The notes beneath the pieces are model-generated. The model saw only the letters and a program-made list of their open reading frames with translations. It searched no databases and was not told where the DNA came from. Positions 59,890 through 64,000 of a stretch of DNA of 64,000 nucleotides are shown piece by piece. Each line of letters begins with the position of its first letter. Positions within the stretch are counted from its first letter, which is position 1. The stretch covers positions 59,969-123,968 of the forward strand of contig JAEMGR010000010.1 in assembly GCA_016458225.1 (NCBI GenBank), read 5' to 3'. The DNA comes from Myxococcaceae bacterium JPH2. Its GTDB lineage: Bacteria; Myxococcota; Myxococcia; Myxococcales; Myxococcaceae. A program made the position numbers and the translations under genes.

Positions 59890-60425
59890 GGGTCTCCGCT
59901 GGACTCCGAGTCATCCGCGTCCAGGAACCGAGGCGGACGGATGACGATGCGCCGCGCGGCCATGTCCACAGCCGGGACGAACTCGTCCGCGAACGGCACC
60001 ACCATCTCCTCGGCGCCCGCGGCGCGGATCACCAGGTTCGGCACCTCGCCGGTGGCCCAGATCTCCTCCACCGTCCCCAGCGCCTTGCCAGCCTCGTCCA
60101 CGGCCGTGAGCCCCACGAGGTCGCCCTGGAAGAACTCGCCCTCCTCGGGCGGCTCCAGGTCCTCGCGGAAGACGAACACGGTGGCGCCCACCAGGGCCTC
60201 CGCATCCATCCGGGAAGAGACCCCCACGAGGACGACGAGGTCCTCCTTGGGAGCGGCGCGCAGGGCCTTCACGCGCAGCTCGCGCTCCTCGCCCGAGCGC
60301 AGCCGCACGAAGATGCGCTCCACTTCGTCCAGCGTCTGCGACCCGGGGTCGAAGCTGCGGATGGCAACCTCGCCCTTGAGGCCATGCGCACGCGCGACGT
60401 ATCCAAACTGCAGATGCGGCGTCAC
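59886..60425 (-). CDS. rimM: Ribosome maturation factor RimM
   Basis: [25 protein letters not shown]… plus a PRC barrel C-domain. 4-nt overlaps with both neighbours. Confidence 0.9.
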   Translation of the reverse strand: MTPHLQFGYVARAHGLKGEVAIRSFDPGSQTLDEVERIFVRLRSGEERELRVKALRAAPKEDLVVLVGVSSRMDAEALVGATVFVFREDLEPPEEGEFFQGDLVGLTAVDEAGKALGTVEEIWATGEVPNLVIRAAGAEEMVVPFADEFVPAVDMAARRIVIRPPRFLDADDSESSGDP

Positions 60426-60709
60426 GGCGCGTCGCTCGGCGAGGACGGCGCCACGGGCCCACTGGCCGCATTGCGCCGGTCATCCAGGATCTCGAGGCGG
60501 ACCTTGTGGCCCTGCTTCTGGGCGGCGGCGCCGATCAGCGTCCGGAGGGCGTTCACGGTGCGCCCGTCACGGCCGATGACCTTGCCGACGTCCTCGGGAG
60601 CGACCTTCAGCTCGAAGAGCTGTCCGCCGTCCGCCTCGGAGATGCGCAGGCTCACCTGGTCTGGTTGGTCGACCAGGGCCTTCGCTAGATACGTGAGAAG
60701 CGGCTCCAC
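60422..60709 (-). CDS. KH-domain RNA-binding protein (YlqC/UPF0109)
   Basis: …VGKVIGRDGRTVNALRTLI… carries the KH GxxG loop. Conserved position between rpsP and rimM. Confidence 0.85.
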   Translation of the reverse strand: MEPLLTYLAKALVDQPDQVSLRISEADGGQLFELKVAPEDVGKVIGRDGRTVNALRTLIGAAAQKQGHKVRLEILDDRRNAASGPVAPSSPSDAP

Positions 60710-60732
60710 GTCTTGTCCAGACGGGTGCGCGC

Positions 60733-60993
60733 TCAGGCGGTGGTCGCGGGCTTGGCCTTCTTGGCGACCTTGATCAGGTCCGAAACGGTCTCGGAGGGGG
60801 TCGCGCCCGTCTTCAGCCAGTAGTTCAGCCGCTCCTCGTTGAACTCCACCTTCGGCGGCGAGATGTTCGGGTCGTACGCACCGACCGCCTCGATGAACTT
60901 GCCATCCCGGGGGTTCCGGGAGTCGGTGGCGACCACGTGGTAGTACGGCATCTTCTTGGCGCCCGCGCGGGCAAGACGGAGGACGACGGCCAT
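60733..60993 (-). CDS. rpsP: 30S ribosomal protein S16
   Basis: MAVVLRLARAGAKKMPYYHVVATDSRNPRDGKFIEAVGAYDPN… The track ORF starts 4 codons upstream. Confidence 0.93.
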   Translation of the reverse strand: MAVVLRLARAGAKKMPYYHVVATDSRNPRDGKFIEAVGAYDPNISPPKVEFNEERLNYWLKTGATPSETVSDLIKVAKKAKPATTA

Positions 60994-61081
60994 GGAGAAC
61001 TCCAACGAACAGGTTACGTCAGACTAAGAGGGGGGCGCTCTTAGCGCCCCTCCTAGCGGATTGTCAAGGAAGCTCGGGTGC

Positions 61082-62209
61082 TTATGTCACTTGGGGCGCG
61101 GCTTCTCCCCGATTGGCGAGCTGACCGCACGCCCCTGCGATGTCCCGACCCCGATTCCGCCGAATATAGGCAGCGACATGCCCCTCGGCGAGGATGGCCC
61201 GGAACTCCTCGGCGCGCTGCTCGCCGGTGGTCTGGAAGCCCAGGCCCGGGTTCTCGTTGTACGGGATGAGATTCACCTTCACCGGGATGTCCCGGAGCAG
61301 CTCCATCAACCGGTACGCATCCTCGTCCGTGTCGTTGAAGCCCTTGAGCAGCACGTACTCGAAGGTGATGCGCCGGCCCTGGCGCAATGGGAACTTGCGG
61401 CAGGCGTCCAGCAGGGCCGCGATGTTCCACTTCCGGTTGACCGGCATGGTCTGGCTGCGCTGCTCGTCCGTGCTCGCATTGAGCGAGATGGCCAGCTTGA
61501 CGTCGGTCTCCTGGCCAAAGCGTTCAATCATGGGCACCAGGCCCACGGTGGAGACGGTGATGTGCCGGTGGCTGAAGTTGGGCCCGTCCTCGGACTGGAG
61601 GATGGAGAGCGCCGTCTTCAGGTTCTCGAAGTTGTGCAGGGGCTCGCCCATGCCCATGAACACCAGGTTGGTGAGCGGGCGGAGCGTCTCCAGGCTCTCG
61701 TTGCGGCGCACCTCGCGATTGACCGCGTGCACCTGCGCGACAATCTCGCCGGGCGTGAGGTTGCGCTTGAGCCCCAGCGTGCCCGTCATGCAGAAGGTGC
61801 ACGCCATGGCGCAGCCCACCTGGGTGGACACGCAGAGCGTCTTACGGTCCTCGGAGGGCATGTAGACGGACTCGATGAAGCGCCCGTCCCGCGTCTTGAA
61901 GCGGTACTTGATGGTGCCGTCGATGCTGCGCTGCTCCAGGTCCTTCACCAGCGGGACGATCTCCGCCTGGGCGCGCAGCTTCTCGCGCAGCACCTTGGAC
62001 AGGTCGGTCATCTCGTCGAAGGACGTGGCGCCGCGCTGGTGCAGCCATCGGTAGAGCTGGGCCGCGCGAAACGCGCGCTCGCCCAGTCGCTCGGTGAGAA
62101 AGCGCGTCAGCCCGTCGAGCGAGAGGCTGGCCACATCGACGAGCTTCGCCGGCGCGGGCGCGGCCAGCGGCTCGGTGACAGGGAGGGCAGTGGCAGAGGG
62201 CTCGGACAT
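61082..62209 (-). CDS. rlmN: 23S rRNA (adenine2503-C2)-methyltransferase / tRNA m2A37 methyltransferase, radical SAM
   Basis: …TLCVSTQVGCAMACTFCMTG… is the CxxxCxxC radical-SAM cluster. The RlmN-specific C-terminal Cys is in …GQLAN…. Confidence 0.92.
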   Translation of the reverse strand: MSEPSATALPVTEPLAAPAPAKLVDVASLSLDGLTRFLTERLGERAFRAAQLYRWLHQRGATSFDEMTDLSKVLREKLRAQAEIVPLVKDLEQRSIDGTIKYRFKTRDGRFIESVYMPSEDRKTLCVSTQVGCAMACTFCMTGTLGLKRNLTPGEIVAQVHAVNREVRRNESLETLRPLTNLVFMGMGEPLHNFENLKTALSILQSEDGPNFSHRHITVSTVGLVPMIERFGQETDVKLAISLNASTDEQRSQTMPVNRKWNIAALLDACRKFPLRQGRRITFEYVLLKGFNDTDEDAYRLMELLRDIPVKVNLIPYNENPGLGFQTTGEQRAEEFRAILAEGHVAAYIRRNRGRDIAGACGQLANRGEAAPQVT

Positions 62210-62403
62210 CGTTCAGTCGACTGTAACGGAGGGTACGCGGCAGTCCCTTCCCATACCTGGGCCCGGCAAGTCAAAGCGCCCCCGTCCCCTCCCCTGCCCG
62301 GTCAACGCACCGAGGGGAGTGGTTGCCACAACGACAGCGGCCCGGCCCCACGCGTGACGTGGGAACCGGGCCGGAGTCGTCGGCGGCGGAGCGCCGGACG
62401 GGA

Positions 62404-62841
62404 CTACTTCGTGTACGTGTAGCTCTGGATCTCGGTCTCGCGGAAGAAGTACGCGATCTCGTTCTTCGCGTTCTCCAGGCTGTCCGAGCCGTGCACCGTG
62501 TTCTTGTCGATGCTGGTCGCGAAGTCCTTGCGGATGGTGCCCTCGGCCGCGTTGGCCGGGTTGGTGGCACCCATGATGTCGCGGTTGGCCAGGACGGCGT
62601 TCTCGCCCTCCAGCACCATCAGGACCACCGGGCCGGAGATCATGAACTGCACCAGGTCCTTGAAGAAGGGGCGGGCCTTGTGGACCGCGTAGAAGCCCTC
62701 GGCCTCCTTCTGGGACAGCTGCTGCAGGCGGATCGCCACCGGCTTGAGGCCCTTGCCCTCGAAGCGGGTGATGATCTTGCCGATGACGCCCTTCTCCAGA
62801 CCGTCCGGCTTGATGATGGACAGCGTACGCTCGATGGCCAT
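62404..62841 (-). CDS. ndk: Nucleoside-diphosphate kinase
   Basis: [14 protein letters not shown]…NAVHGSDS with the active-site His. 145 aa. Confidence 0.95.
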   Translation of the reverse strand: MAIERTLSIIKPDGLEKGVIGKIITRFEGKGLKPVAIRLQQLSQKEAEGFYAVHKARPFFKDLVQFMISGPVVLMVLEGENAVLANRDIMGATNPANAAEGTIRKDFATSIDKNTVHGSDSLENAKNEIAYFFRETEIQSYTYTK

Positions 62842-62876
62842 GTCGGTGAGTCCTTGTGTGTTCGCGTGAGTAGCGG

Positions 62877-63776
62877 TTAGCGGTTCTTCTTGGGGGCGCC
62901 GCGCTTCAGCGCCTCCTGGAGCGTGGTGCCCAGCTCGGCGGGGCTCGCGGCCATCAGCACGCCCGCGGCCTCCATCGCCTTGATCTTCTCCGACGCGGTG
63001 CCCTTGCCGCCGGAGATGATGGCGCCCGCGTGGCCCATGCGCTTGCCCGGGGGCGCGGACTGGCCGGCGATGAACCCGGCGATCGGCTTGGTGAACTCGC
63101 GCGCGATGTACTCCGCGCCAGCCTCCTCGGCGCTGCCGCCGATCTCGCCGATCATGATGACCGCGTCCGTCTCCGGATCCGCGTTGAACAGGCGCAGCAC
63201 GTCCACGAAGTCCGTGCCGTTGACCGGGTCACCGCCGATGCCCACCGCGGTGGACTGGCCCAGGCCCAGCTGCGTGAGCTGGTGCACGGCCTCGTACGTC
63301 AGCGTGCCCGAGCGGGACACCACGCCGATGCGGCCCGGCTTGTGGATGTGGCCCGGCATGATGCCGATCTTGCACTTGGCGCCGGGGGTGATGACGCCCG
63401 GGCAGTTCGGCCCGATGAGGCGCACCGGCTTGCCCTGCAGGTAGCGCTTGGCGCGCACCATGTCGTTGACCGGGATGCCCTCGGTGATGGTGATGATGAG
63501 GGAGATGCCGGCGTCGGCGGCCTCCATGATGGAGTCCGCGGCGAAGGGGGGCGGCACGAAGATGACGGAGGTGTTGACCCCCGTCTGCTTCACGGCGTCC
63601 GCCACCGTGTTGAACACGGGGACCTTGCCCTCGAAGTCGGTACCGCCCTTGCCCGGCGTCACGCCGGCCACCAGCTTCGTCCCGTAGTCCAACATCTGCT
63701 TGGCGTGGAACGAGCCCGCCGAGCCGGTGATGCCCTGGCAGAGGACCTTCGTGTTCTCGTTGACGAGGATGCTCAT
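62877..63776 (-). CDS. sucD: Succinate--CoA ligase [ADP-forming] subunit alpha
   Basis: CoA-binding Rossmann (…[14 protein letters not shown]…), phospho-His loop (…[15 protein letters not shown]…). 299 aa. Confidence 0.95.
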   Translation of the reverse strand: MSILVNENTKVLCQGITGSAGSFHAKQMLDYGTKLVAGVTPGKGGTDFEGKVPVFNTVADAVKQTGVNTSVIFVPPPFAADSIMEAADAGISLIITITEGIPVNDMVRAKRYLQGKPVRLIGPNCPGVITPGAKCKIGIMPGHIHKPGRIGVVSRSGTLTYEAVHQLTQLGLGQSTAVGIGGDPVNGTDFVDVLRLFNADPETDAVIMIGEIGGSAEEAGAEYIAREFTKPIAGFIAGQSAPPGKRMGHAGAIISGGKGTASEKIKAMEAAGVLMAASPAELGTTLQEALKRGAPKKNR

Positions 63777-63817
63777 GGCGTTCCTTCAGGAAAAGAGTTC
63801 GAAGACGGTGCGCGCGA

Positions 63818-64000
63818 CTACTTGATCGCCGCCACGGCCTTCTCCGCCGCCTGGCGCAGGTTGTCCGCAGGGGTGATGGCGAGCCCGGAGTTGCGCAGCA
63901 GCTCCTTGCCCTTCTCCACGTTCGTGCCCTCGAGCCGCACCACGAGCGGAATCTTGAGCTGCACTTCCTTGGCGGCCGCGATGATGCCCTCGGCGATGAC
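63818..64000 (-). CDS. sucC: Succinate--CoA ligase subunit beta, C-terminal fragment (runs off the window)
   Basis: Minus-strand reading ends …[54 protein letters not shown] with a TAG at 63818-63820. It lies immediately upstream of sucD, the conserved sucCD arrangement. Confidence 0.8.
   Translation of the reverse strand, partial: VIAEGIIAAAKEVQLKIPLVVRLEGTNVEKGKELLRNSGLAITPADNLRQAAEKAVAAIK

Overview
A 64 kb, high-GC (~69%) chromosomal window that looks like Myxococcus or a close relative. Gene content and hallmark genes point that way: an IF3 (infC) with a non-AUG start and a Lys/Ala/Gly-rich C-terminal tail like M. xanthus Dsg, and a family-1 encapsulin pair like EncA/EncB. The density of secreted lipoprotein peptidases fits too. 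The window is almost fully coding and mixes housekeeping with accessory islands.

Housekeeping, in order of position:
- tRNA-Pro, then the classic minus-strand block thrS-infC-rpmI-rplT-pheS-pheT-ihfA, with tRNA-Val just upstream of thrS.
- cspA.
- A tandem array of four identical initiator tRNA-fMet genes with its own promoter and terminator.
- An S1-domain protein, murJ, and rsmI-yraN.
- rpsP-KH-rimM-trmD-rplS, then rlmN, ndk and sucD with the end of sucC.

Accessory and envelope content:
- Family-4 UDG and an AI-2E transporter.
- A translationally coupled PilZ / LPP20-like x2 / lipoprotein / FecR-domain operon.
- An FKBP isomerase.
- Five secreted or lipoprotein metallopeptidases (HExxH lipoprotein, ACE-like M2, M4 thermolysin-like, met-zincin, M23), an amidase and a patatin-like lipase.
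- A DUF3105 lipoprotein, a DUF1624 acyltransferase-like membrane protein, a VOC enzyme, a vWA lipoprotein and a bacterial expansin.
- A Kef-type antiporter with a zf-UBP tail, and an outer-membrane beta-barrel protein.

The two most notable systems:
- An encapsulin nanocompartment locus: a ferritin-like cargo with a C-terminal targeting peptide, the EncA shell protein, and a sigma54 activator 11 nt downstream.
- A three-gene operon of an NfeD/YqiJ-like protein, a flotillin, and a 1815-aa protein carrying an AAA_5 (MoxR/dynein-like) ATPase domain.

Many long ORFs in the six-frame track are antisense or alternate-frame artefacts of the high GC and were rejected. Coordinates are anchored to the ORF track; internal start-codon choices and RNA boundaries may be off by a few nucleotides.
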